Part shown: positions 49,285 to 60,617 of the stretch, one piece after another
Layout of the letters: each line of letters opens with the position of its first letter
Numbering within the stretch: the first letter of the stretch is position 1
NCBI RefSeq assembly: GCF_000497125.1
Contig: NC_090596.1
Coordinates: 806,001 to 870,000 of the forward strand
Direction of reading: 5' to 3'
Source: Spironucleus salmonicida
Lineage: Eukaryota
DNA length: 64,000 nucleotides
The notes under the pieces: generated by a model
Database searches by the model: none
The model's input: only the letters and a program-made list of their open reading frames with translations
Told to the model about the DNA's origin: nothing
Program-made: the position numbers and the translations under genes

Positions 49285-49527
49285 ATGTTCAAACTTAACC
49301 TTAACAGTGTAGATACCAAGTAATCTAAGACCCCAGTCAACTCTTCAAGGTAACAAATTTCAGCTAGATAATAATAGACCCTAATAGATAGGCTGGAAAT
49401 CTAAATCCATGTAAATATAATAACTACTTAATAGTTGTATAAGAGAATTAAAAGCTTAACAAGTAGCAGTTTGAAATTAGAAAAAATGATTTAAGAGAAA
49501 ATAGAAAATTTTAAGTGTATTTAGTGA
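49285..49527 (+). CDS. Small hypothetical protein (80 aa), paralogue of 31262
   Basis: MFKLNL..TPVNSSRQQISARQQQTLIDRLEIQIHVNII; ends TAGTGA. Confidence 0.7.
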
Positions 49528-50518
49528 GTTTTTGAGTCTAGGAATACCATTAGTGATTTGTACCAATCCCATGAAATTAATGATAATTTATCCTTATTTG
49601 TCCATGACTATTACAATTTATTCTACGAAAAGTACACAATTAAATAAAATCTAAAATACATATACAATTTTAATGCATAAGGTTGATCGCAAACTTGGTC
49701 TCTTAGCATTATTTTTTAAAAGTTACTAGTATTTATAGCAAATCAAATATTTTAAAATTGATAGGAACTAAGTTTAAAATGTATTATTGTTATTCTATTT
49801 TATGTAAAATCTGCGAAATTTAAGTTCCAATAAAGGTATTATCAAAGAAAATATAATCATAAATTTTTAAAAAGTATATAATATTGATACTTATGATACT
49901 AGAAATTACTGTAATATAAACATAATTTTACTGCCATGATCTTCATAAAACAGCTAGATATAGTTAAATATTAACCTTAAAGCTACTCTTTTCATTTCAT
50001 TTTATTATAATCTACATACCATGAGTTAAATATTCACATATAATTTTTCATTCATAATATTAGTACTTAAACATGTGTAGATTTAAAAAATTGAATATAA
50101 ATAAATTAAACAGAATAATAAACTCTTAGTATACTTATACTGGTAGTTCCTATAATATATAATTAGAATAAAAGTATATTATATATAATAATCATATGTG
50201 AGAAACAATTCACAACAACTAAAAGTCATAATGTAATGTCTATTGAGTCTTCTTCAGAGTCTACTTAACACATCGGGACATTAAGTTTAATTATTTCGAA
50301 TTTTTCGGGATAAATAATATTTTAAACTACGTCAAAACTGTCATTTATATTTTAGGGTTTCATTAAGGAAAGGTGAATTAATATACACATATTTTATCAG
50401 ATAATATATGGTTTCTTATTATAGTTGAATATAATTTAGAGAATCCTGAAAGTCTAGCACTTTTACTGTAAATAGAGAAAATGGATTGCTGATAATGGAT
50501 TTTACAGTAATCTATAGT

Positions 50519-50707
50519 TCACTCTAATACAATATCCAAATTACTCCTCGAAGTAAATACTTATTTTGCCTACGTTCTTAGGCTGATCGTTGACTATGTT
50601 TATGATCTGATTAGCTTAAATTCAAACTCTTAATATGTCTTCTGGCCAAAACAATCGTCTGCATCGGTCTACTCGACATATTTTAATTTAGGTGGACATA
50701 TTCCCAT
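50519..50707 (-). CDS. MG..DxxFG micro-protein (62 aa)
   Basis: MGICPPKLKYVEQTDADDCFG; TTCCAGTAAAATG start context; ends GAGTGA. Confidence 0.65.
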
Positions 50708-52167
50708 TTTACTGGAAAGTATTATAATTGTTATTTAATTAAAATGATGTTGACAGAAAAACAAATCCAATAAATTCCATATTATTTACTTATATAACTT
50801 TATATTAATCTAATTAATATCTGAAAGTATCTTGTGGTTCGAAAATGTAAACCTTAAATTATTATTTGTAAATAATTATAAATACTATAATAATAAAAGT
50901 AACTTTAAACTTCAATCATACAAATTATCCATATAATTCACCATAACACGATTAAAAATTTTATCGAACGCAAAATACACATCCCCCTCAATCTCCTGAA
51001 TTTTGGTAACCGTCTTGTCCTTCAACCTTTTCTGGCGCCGGATCATTTAAATATATGCTAGGAAGTCACGACCCAGGAAGTTCTCGCAATGCTGCGCATG
51101 CAGCTGTTCTATCTACTCGTTAATCACCTCTGTATCGGTCTTCAAAATCGACATATTTCGTCGTATTCCGATGGTCCGCGTAACCGTCTGCTACACTTTG
51201 CGCCATACTTAGAGGTCCTGGAGCGTCACAATGTATGTTTTGGGTTCGAACTACTCAGTGATACTCCTAACCAAAAAAGCGGTTCGCTCTTTCCGGCGCC
51301 TAAAGCTGGATAGTTTTTGATTTACGAAAAGCAAGTTTGCGACTATAGCTTTTGAGGCTTCTACAACGGGCTAGAAAATGGATCCCGATACGCTAACAGA
51401 GCTATGATGCGCTTCGGAATGCTCGTTTATTGTCTGTATCACTGGTGCACCGAGCTCTTGGAGGTAGTTAGCGGTACATAGGTCCTGCCTGCTCTGGGTT
51501 TGGCCCCGTACTAGCCTGGCGCTAGACATGCTGCCCTGCTTTTTTAGCGGTCTGGCTTGTTGTGTTGAGGGTGCATTTAGATCTTTTGGGCTGGTAGCTC
51601 TATTTTTGAAGAATGAGGTGTGTGGCGAGAGAACTAGCCCTGTGATTATGCGCTGTGGAGAGCTTGTTGTTAGGATGTTCTTTTGCCTGCAAAATGTTTC
51701 AATTTATCTGCGCTGCTGGTAGTTAGCTCGAAACTGAGGCGATACCGAGCGGTTTTCGATAAAAATCTACTGTGCCCGTGGGAACATTTTTGTAAATTAA
51801 TGGTAATCACAGTTAATAATAATTTATATAGTCGCTAAGTATTCAAAACTCTGTTTTACATAATCCTATAAAATATATTAGAATATATAAGTTTTAAATA
51901 AAAATAAAAAACAAACATAAGTTTTTCCATTTAATTTTAATGAGTATTGATGAATATAGTAATTTGGAAGCATCCTTAGCAGAGTTTGAAGTTGAGAAAC
52001 TAGTATAAACATATTAAGGTTTATTTTACTTAATAATTTGGTTGGTTAAGGAACGAGTGAGAAAGTAAAAAATATGAGAATTATGTTTGTATATACACAA
52101 AATAATAATATTTTGACACTAAAATAGTCGGATACTTTATATTTTCATATTAAGTCTACTTGAGTGA

Positions 52168-52344
52168 GCTTATACCGCGCTCGTTGAGGATCTGGAGAAT
52201 CTTGGCCTCGCCCTTGGTCCTGCGCGCCCGGTGCCTCTGGTCTATGGTGGGGTGCTTGTACTTCTTGGAGAAGCGCGTCTTCACTATCTGGTTGTGCTCG
52301 TTGAGCAGGATCTTGGACTCGGCGCCCTGGAACACGACCTTCAT
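52168..52344 (-). pseudogene. Bud32 5' fragment (59 codons), catalytic motifs absent
   Basis: Identical to 34472-34648, then runs into unrelated AT-rich sequence. Confidence 0.88.
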
Positions 52345-52510
52345 TCTTGGGACGGGAGGAAGTGGTATATTATGCAGGGGTCTGCACTTTACGGAAGGGT
52401 GCCTCTAGCACTTTCAGGCAGAATGCCCCATCGCCCCCAACGCGGGGCAGCTCCAGAGGCGGCGCAGAGGCAAGAGGCCCAATTCCATTCCACTCTTCGC
52501 CCTCCCTAAA

Positions 52511-53443
52511 ATGGGAGAGTCCGCGTACTTCTCGGCCTAGGTCAGACGCCTGCTGCAGCACCTGAACCAGGTGCACACCTCAGAGGACAGGATGCTCTCG
52601 ATAGTAACCACCAATTGCTGGTTCAACGTCTACTACGAGCTCCAGGACGCCTTCAAGGGCTCCAAGGGCTCCAAGGACGGCCAGTAGAAGGGCCTGTACA
52701 GGACCGCCATGGCGCTGACCGAGGGACACTATCAGCGCACAAACCAGAACGGACAGTTCATCTTCGTTGGCACCGTCGCGGGGCACGACTTCGCCTTCAG
52801 CTACGAGCCGGACGCCAAGATTGACTGCCGCGGCAGCCACCGCTTCATGAAGTGCGAGACTCAGTTCCGGGCAGACTTCTACGACTACCTGGGGGACGCC
52901 CAGCGCACCGCGATCTGCATCTTTGGCAACCAGACCGTACGAATGTTCACGCACGAGTTCGGCAGATTCGCCGTGGAGGAGCGGGCCATCAAGAAGGGCG
53001 CCAAGAGCCAGCAGCAGGTCATCCAGCTGTTCCAGGAATGGAGCGCGGTCTACACCAACATCCAGTGCCCCGGGGCCGCCTTCGTCGCGGGGGAGAACCT
53101 GGATGACTTCCTGGCGGCCATCCCCGAGTTCAGCGTGCAGAGGGACCTGGTGCTCCGGGCCGCGACTCTGGACGGCGGGGTGGTTTTCGGGCCAGAGGCG
53201 GTCCTGGCGTGCGCGTTCGAGGGAAACTACACCTAGATCGCGATCAGCACGGCGCTCCTGACCCACTACACTGTCCTGAGTGAGGATGGCCAGGCGAACC
53301 TCAAGTACATGTACGAGGGCGAGTTCTATGGTCAGTATCTCCTGGAGTAGTGCGGCGCCGTGCTGGTCTCCAGCGGATGGCAGGAGGGCGACGCATTTTT
53401 CGAAGAGTACAGAGGGATTTGCTGCTGGAAAAAATATGATTGA
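52511..53443 (+). CDS. Divergent eRF1-like protein, second copy
   Basis: Same protein as 34815; the three coding differences I found are synonymous. Confidence 0.75.
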
Positions 53444-54064
53444 TCGAGATACCAGTAGAAATATATATATATATTATGTTTATGGGATATTTATAAATTT
53501 TAGTTTACTCTTTTTGATCATTTTATTTGATATCATAATTCTATTACGACTGATTTTATTATAAAACACGTATTTCAGCAGTTTATATATCTTTAAGATT
53601 TCTGTTTTATCTACGTAGTGTGTTATTTACTTTTTAATTTCAATATTTCAATAAATAGTACTACCATGTATAAGTTATCATGTTTATTTTCCAAATTTAG
53701 ATTTTTATATATGTCCTAATATTAGCAGTATACAAAGCATATTAGAATAGATCATCTACATAAAAATGAAGTTATTTATTTAAAATTTATAAGCAGCAAA
53801 TAACACATCTACTCCTGTATGCTCTTCAAGATTACCGAGATCTGCGCGATCATAGTAGAGTTTACTTGATAAGTTAGAACTATAGGTTCATGTAAATATG
53901 GTTCTTACAAAATAGATGTTAAAAAAAGTTAAGACTTTAACTCATAACTGTGATATTATATTAGAGCATATCCATTAATAGTTAAAATGATATATTTAGT
54001 TCATTAATTTTATATGTCACTCAATTAGAAATATTCTGCTATGAATATAATGCATCCAAATTTT

Positions 54065-55839
54065 GTTAAATATTCGATCAAATTCGATGTACACGTCATT
54101 CTGGATCTATTGTATGCTCTTCACCATCTGCTACTTATTCCGTTTCTGTCTCTTAAGCATTTACACATACCCTATAAAGTCCTTTCCCAGAAAGCTCTGC
54201 TCCTTCTGTGAGCGGAATCGGTGAACCTGTGCGTCTAATATTTCGTGATCACTTTTAAGAATCGACTAGTTTCTGCGGATACCACATACCTGTATAGAGG
54301 CACACTGGGACTATTTCCACGCGTAGATGTCCTCCGTCGAGATCCTGCCCGATTTCCCGCGTAGCGCATCTGCAATGTTACACGTCATGTGAGATATTAC
54401 ACTGCTCCTGGACTTACTCGTCCTGAGATTCTAATTCAGTATGTACAAATTAGCAAGTATATTTTTAGAGTCCGCAATCGCCTCGAGTTCTGCATGGCTG
54501 GACGACAAGGAGCAGTTCCGCTCCGTCGAGAGTGGCGAGATGGCCTCCATAACCGGGGCACCTAACGCCTATAGCGATGTCACTGAGCAAACGCGAAATC
54601 CGCCCAGCGTGCTAGACGGGTTTCGCACAAGGCGGGCGCTGGAGAGCTGCGGTTGCTGCCCCTTGAGGCGCTGCACTCGCTCTGGGGTAACTCCGCTCTG
54701 CGTCATCTGACTGTGGGAATTTTCCCGCTACGGAGGTCCTGGCTACCGAGCAGACAGCGGCCGCCCCGAAACGCGGCGCTAAAACTGATTGGGTGCGGCC
54801 GATGTGGATATGCTCAGCTTCTTGCAGGCGTCATCAATGAAGCGCTTCTGGTGGTAGTTTGGGCCGCGGTACGGCTGGAGTGACCGGTTCTCGATGATGG
54901 CCGGCTGGGCTCTGGGAATCATTTTTGCATCTTGCACAATATAATGCATAAAGCTCTTAAATCATGAAACTGGATTTTTTGTTTCTGTGGGATGGCTGAG
55001 ATTTGCAGAAATAGGCCGAAGGGATACATATGGCAGCGTAGGTCTATCTGTCGTATCTAAGAGGGCCTACGAGCGCTACCAGTCTTTCTGTATCATGTAC
55101 GAAACTTGACCCAGCAGGATGACCGCTAGCTAAATCACGCCTGGCACTGCAATTCGCTGAAACTCCGACTAGTTTTCGTACTTCAACCTGTTTGGAGGGT
55201 GCCGTATCCAGCATCGTCATACTGCCTGGCCACTTCGACGGCAAGAATCAGGGGTAGGGAGCTGCTAGAAGAGAGCTTGGGGCGCGTGCCGGACTGCCTT
55301 TACCGCCTCGCCAGTGCGCACGCAGCCTCGCCCAGCCCCTGTGGCATCCCCAAAATACCCGAACCCGGTTTCATTCTAAATTTCCACTCCACGCACAATG
55401 GCTGACCAGTTATCCTCCTTCTTCAGAAAGATCAGAGTTCACGGTAACCTCGTTTCCGGCCTCCGCCAGGTCGTCAAGGCCCTCGAAGCCAAGCAGGGCG
55501 TCAAGGTTGTCATCCTCGCCAACGACTGCAATGAGAACGCCTACAAGGCCCTCATCAAGGCTCTCTGCAAGAAGCACGGCGTCTCCATCGTCGAGAAGTT
55601 CCCCAAGAAGCAGATCGGCGAGCTCGCCGGCCAGTTCAGACTCAAGGGTACCATCTGCGAAGAGAAGACCGCCGACGCTCGTAACAAGGGTAAGATCGTC
55701 GGTGCCTCCGTCCTCGCCATCACCGACTTCGGCACCCTCACCGAGGAAGACCAGAAGTGTTTCAACGAAATGCTCCAGTGATATTAACGTGATAGTTTTT
55801 GACTAGAGGACCGTTACCAGGTTGCCTATGTATTTATTT
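54065..55839. repeat. Direct duplicon, second copy of 25184-26958
   Basis: Offset 28881. Confidence 0.95.
55398..55781 (+). CDS. RPS12: 40S ribosomal protein S12 (eS12), second copy
   Basis: Identical protein to 26517-26900. Confidence 0.93.
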   Translation: MADQLSSFFRKIRVHGNLVSGLRQVVKALEAKQGVKVVILANDCNENAYKALIKALCKKHGVSIVEKFPKKQIGELAGQFRLKGTICEEKTADARNKGKIVGASVLAITDFGTLTEEDQKCFNEMLQ

Positions 55840-55967
55840 ATTATACTAACATATTATTTTTTCATACGATGTAATATTTGTTCATATGTTTTCCTATTTG
55901 AAATTAAATGGTATATTGCTAACATATTTTACTAAATATTCGTAAAATACCTAAATTGTATCTATAC

Positions 55968-56040
55968 GCCTGTTTAGCTCAGATGGTAGAGCGTCAGACT
56001 GAAGTTCTGTCGGTCCTTGGTTCGATTCCTAGAACAGGTA
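55968..56040 (+). tRNA. tRNA-Phe(GAA)
   Basis: 73 nt cloverleaf: acceptor GCCTGTT/AACAGGT, D arm GCTC/GAGC, loop CTGAAGT, GGTTCGATTCC T arm, TTTTT terminator. Confidence 0.95.
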
Positions 56041-56157
56041 TTTTTCTTAAGTTATCGAATATGGATTTATATTTACCTTCTCGAGTAAAATCCGGACGCA
56101 GTTTAAAAACAAACCGATATTTATATGGTAACTTACCAAGCCCATTGAGTCGCAGAA

Positions 56158-56432
56158 ATGGAACTCACAAACTGCCTGCTGCGACGCGGCGCCTCCACCG
56201 GTCCGTGCTCCGTCCGGATCTGCGGCAGCTTCGCCAGGCTCACCGCGCCAAACTTCTAGCAGACCCTCGCGATAGACTGCGGCATCGACACCAGGCACCA
56301 GGGCCGGTTCACGGAGTTCCACGACGCGAAGTCCGGCATGACGCTCCTGGTGGGGACCGAGCACATCCCTCTGGAGCGGCAGCTAACCGAGCTGTGGGTC
56401 TCCCTCCGGGGCGCTGGCGAGTACCCCAGTGA
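56158..56432 (+). CDS. Hypothetical protein (MELTNCLLRRG...), 3' end uncertain (first in-frame TGA at 56647)
   Basis: GC3 bias stops at an out-of-frame AGTGA at 56428. Confidence 0.45.
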
Positions 56433-56515
56433 GCCTCGCATTCCTTTTCCCTTACCATCGCATTGTATATAATACCCACGATTCTTACATAGTCCAAACA
56501 AAACCCACCCGCAGA

Positions 56516-56644
56516 ATGCAGGCCTGGTTCACGGCGAAGACGGTACTGCAGTACGTGGTGGCGGTGACCACCGTGCTCCTACCGGTCGAGCTCGTAGCGA
56601 ATCGCGTGATGGAGAGGAAGCTGCGCGCGGGGCATTCAGGTTGA
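56516..56644 (+). CDS. Small hydrophobic protein (42 aa, MQAWFTAKTVLQYVVAVTTVLLPVELV...)
   Basis: GC3-rich, TATATAAT upstream, TGA then AGTGA. Confidence 0.5.
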   Translation: MQAWFTAKTVLQYVVAVTTVLLPVELVANRVMERKLRAGHSG

Positions 56645-56692
56645 AGTGAGCTTTAACATATAGGTAATACAGTAATGCGTTCACGCAGAGGG

Positions 56693-58294
56693 TCATCCTG
56701 TGACACCCTCGCTCCAGTTGATCTCCTGCACCTGCGCGCCAGACAGGTTCTCGTACAGCGCCACCTTGATCTTCTTCGGCGGCGGGCAGCAGAGGCACTT
56801 GCAGACGAAGCTCATGATGACCATGAAGAAGACGCAGACAATGCCGGCCAGGATCCAGACGGAGTTGGAAATCTTCCCCTCTAGGAACTACGGTTTGCCG
56901 TCTGTATCCACGCTGTCCAGGCCGTTCATGCCCCAGCGCACCTCGGGGAAGAGGTCGTACACGTACTTGTTGTGCCCTTGCTTGTAGAGTTCCGACTGGT
57001 TGTAGGGAATGTCAAGTGGCTCCTTAGTGGCATTGTACTTCGAGAACCTGGGCAAAACGGCAACCGCGTCGTACTCGTTGCATAGCGCGTTGGACCCGAT
57101 CTCCACGTAGAAGGAGCCACCGACGCCCCACTGGGTCCCCCACGAGTTCATCAGCACCCACACCTCGGTGCCCTTCACGGTTCCGTAGCCGATGAAGGTG
57201 ACCTGGTGGTTGGACTGCTGGTAGGATGACTTGGGGCAGGGGTTAGTAATATTCGTGAGGATGCCGCCCCTGTACTGGGAGTAGCTGAGCGCCTCGGCCC
57301 CCTCGAACGGGACCAGCTGGCGCCCCGAGACGGCTATACCCCTCGCCAGGAAGGACTTGAGGTACTTGATTTGAGTAGCATCAGTAGTTTACATGCCAGA
57401 CGCCCGCAACTTTATCTAAATCAGCGACTGGGAGCAGTTGAAACCCGTATCGTCGTTCAGCCAGAATACCGGATTCAGCCAATGCTTTTCGTTGAACGCA
57501 GATGGATTCTGCTTTGCAGTGTCAGGTTTGATGATAGGTGGTGCCGAGTCAGAGTCGAAAATCGAAACGTAAGGGGCATCCTCCTCGTAGTTCAGGGACG
57601 AAACCTTGTAGTCGGCGATGTCCTGCGCTGCATACTAATAGTTACCGCCTGCACAGAACAGATTCTGCCCGTACGAGTTGTTCATGATGTACTCGACAGA
57701 AAATACCAAATCGATGTTCGTCTGGTTTTCGAGCGAAGTCCCTGCGTGTATTTCCCTATAGTAGGTAATATCGTGCATGAACAGAGAGTGCATCACGAAC
57801 CTCGTGGCCTAAGCCCAGCAGGACCCGCAAGTCCCCTGGTCGATAGACCTCATGGTGAGCCCGTCCTTCCGCAGGTCTACAGACTGCGGCAAGTTAGCTC
57901 CAGAAAACACGTTAGTCGTGATAAAAGCGTCATCTAACGTCACATACTTGATGCTGGAAGCCGTAGAATCCGAGCAAATCGCTTTGACGATTTCTAGAGA
58001 TTTTCTGTTGTACGTTTCAAGTTTCGCATCTGCCGGATCCACAGCAGCCGCGGTGTAGCTGACCAGCTCTTCCGGGAGGTTTGGAGCCATATAGCCTGTC
58101 GCCGGTGCGTGCAGGCGGTCCGAAAACTGGGAAATGTAGAGCTTCCGGGAGGGGTGCGCCTTGATTACTTGCAGATTCGCGCAGAAATATTTCTGCGCCT
58201 GGTCTTCTAGCTCTTTAGTTTCGTAGCTCTTCGAATACTGGTGCTTGAATGCCTTGAACTTTGCATTGCAGTTAAATGCTAGGAGCAGCAGCAT
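56693..58294 (-). CDS. Papain-family (cathepsin L-like) cysteine protease with C-terminal TM anchor (533 aa)
   Basis: Hydrophobic leader, I29-like propeptide, LPQSVDLR, QGTCGSCWA, NHQVTFIGYG, NSWG, TM segment and cytosolic tail. Confidence 0.92.
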
Positions 58295-58647
58295 TTTATA
58301 ATAAATATAGATATTATAATATATTATATTAAATAGTAGTAAGACATCTTTATAATCAGTTTTTTCAGTTTTATCAATACTAATATATAATAGTATAAAA
58401 TAGAGTAATTCAAATAAATAAAAACCTGATAAAATATTGAGCGAAGATAACTGAGATATATGCAGCAAACTGAAATTTCTAATAACTTCATAGGCGCAAA
58501 ACTCGCGAATCTAGTCCGACTTGGAAGTCATCTGGCCGCCTAAAATTCTAATCAAAGTGTACGGATGTGCAGTTTGACGAAGATTTGGCATTCTGAAACA
58601 CCGTCCAACTGGTTTACTCAAATCGAAAATTGTGTCATGTAAAAACA

Positions 58648-58652
<5 letters not shown>

Positions 58653-58702
<50 letters not shown>
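58653..58702. repeat. (TA)25 microsatellite
   Basis: Perfect TA run. Confidence 0.95.
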
Positions 58703-58708
<6 letters not shown>

Positions 58709-58727
58709 AAATGTAGAAGTAATTTAA

Positions 58728-59267
58728 TCAAGCAAGCTGGTCAACGGGAGCGTCATACTGAGGGACATCGACTTCACCGTCCTGGATCTTTTCGATTAAG
58801 TCGTGAGGGTGCATAACAGAGTTGTTATAGTTGACATTGCAACCGATAGAGTGGCAAGTACCAAGGATTTCACGAACGGTACCGGAAAGCTCCTGAGAGT
58901 AAGACTTGAAACGGAGCTGCTTGGCAATATCGATGATGGACTCAAAAGGTATAGTACCTTCATGAGTATGAGCGGTACCCTTAGGCTCGCTACGAGGTCC
59001 TTCCTTAAGAGCCTTGATGATCAAGGTAGAAGAAGAGGGGAGGATGAAAACGGTGGGCTGTCTCTGCTTAGAATGGAGTCTAATAGAAACTTTGATACCT
59101 TTATAGCCCTGAGCAGCTGTTTCTTGCATGATTTTATCACCAACCATCTTAGGGTTAAGACCGTAAGGACCTACCTTAGGGGCGATGGATTAGGCGGGAA
59201 GTGCAACACCACCCTTAACACGGAGGTATAAATCAAATTCACCATTGGGATCGACTTTAGGAGGCAT
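58728..59267 (-). CDS. RPL12: 60S ribosomal protein L12 (uL11)
   Basis: MPPKVDP, APKVGPYGLNPK, PSSSTLIIKALKE, EILGTCHSIGC. Confidence 0.95.
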
Positions 59268-59272
59268 TCTCG

Positions 59273-59286
59273 GCGTGGAGTGGAAA
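59273..59286 (-). promoter_or_regulatory. C-rich promoter motif TTTCCACTCCACGC
   Basis: Just upstream of the RPL12 ATG; identical to the eS12 motif. Confidence 0.7.
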
Positions 59287-59950
59287 TAGCAAAGTGAAAT
59301 GAAAGAAATTAATATATAATTATATATAATAATGTGGATATACTAGAATTCTATAAAAATTTGTTTTTAAACGTTAGAAAATAAAAGGATAATATATATG
59401 ACACCTAAAATGCAGTTATTTAAAATTGCACTGTACTTGATACGGTTTTCAGTAATAATATAAATAAGCAAATAAAATATTGTAAATATAAAAATAAAAT
59501 AATTTTTCTCACAATTCACACACCAATATCATCATTAGAGTCAAAAAATCTAAACCTAGGGTCTGAAAATATGCATAACTTAGTTTCCATTTGATGTTAA
59601 AGTTCCTCATATGATTCGATTACGATCGAGTCGTATTCCATTATAAAATTGAAAGGAAGGTGGGAAAGTAAAAATATGTAGCTTTAATTAGTATAATAAT
59701 ATAATAAATTATATTTTTATATTAATTATATAGTTATTATATAATTATTTCCAGATTATAAAAATACAATTTATAAAGTATAGAATCCAAGACTAAACTT
59801 AGAAATATAATATATTTTAAATATGTATTTACAAATTTTGCATTAGTTTAAGTTTTGAAGTGCAAAATTAATTTATACTATCTATATAATAAAATATATT
59901 AATAAAGAACTAAGCCATTCTGTAAATAAAATAAATATGAAGTATAACCA

Positions 59951-60355
59951 TCATTTCTTGCCACCGAGTTAAACATTCATCTTACCACCTAGGGTAAGTT
60001 GGATTATTCCTACTACAACACCGATAATGCCAACGATTGTCTCAAAGCACCCAAATCCGCTACCTCTACAAAAACCAGTAAAAGTGAATCCACCTAGGAA
60101 GAAGCAAGCTAAGATTATTATCATAACTGCTGCACCTGGTCCAACTAAAAACTTAAAATAAGGTGCTAATGCACCAATAGGTGGAGTCAATATGATAAAT
60201 AACGAGATTACTACAATTAAGATGATTCTGAATGCACGACTCATGTCACCACCACTACCAATACTACCAACACCAGCATTATCAACACCACCCCATATGG
60301 AGACAACCATATAAAGTATGGCGATAATCATATCGATAATCCACCAGAGATCCAT
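59951..60355 (-). CDS. Small multi-pass membrane protein, Tvp15/COPI-associated-like (134 aa)
   Basis: Four hydrophobic segments, PYFKFLVGPG motif, ends GGKK. Confidence 0.6.
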
Positions 60356-60617
60356 TTTACGGAATGGCTAAAAATAAATTATAAATTACTCATATTATTA
60401 CGACTTTTTAATTTTAACAGTAAAATATATTTTTACAATAGAGCCTTTATAGGTGAAAATTTCATAATTTTAGCATGTTATTTTACTGTTTTTTAGTAAG
60501 AAAAATCTTTATTTATATATATAATATAAAAATATTTATATTAACTATAAATAGTTTAATTCTATAGTTAACCTTATGATGTAATATCTATATAATATAA
60601 TTGCCATTTTACTTAAA

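Larger units (their letters stand above)
52168..53443. repeat. Direct duplicon, second copy of 34472-35747
   Basis: Offset 17696. Confidence 0.95.
55968..57555. repeat. Inverted duplicon, partner of 35911-37498
   Basis: Paired coordinates sum to 93466. Confidence 0.95.

Noticed and set aside
52168-57555. Duplicons as pure assembly collapse or haplotig artefact
   Set aside because: Copies differ by scattered, mostly synonymous substitutions, have distinct flanks and mixed orientations; long-read confirmation is still advisable
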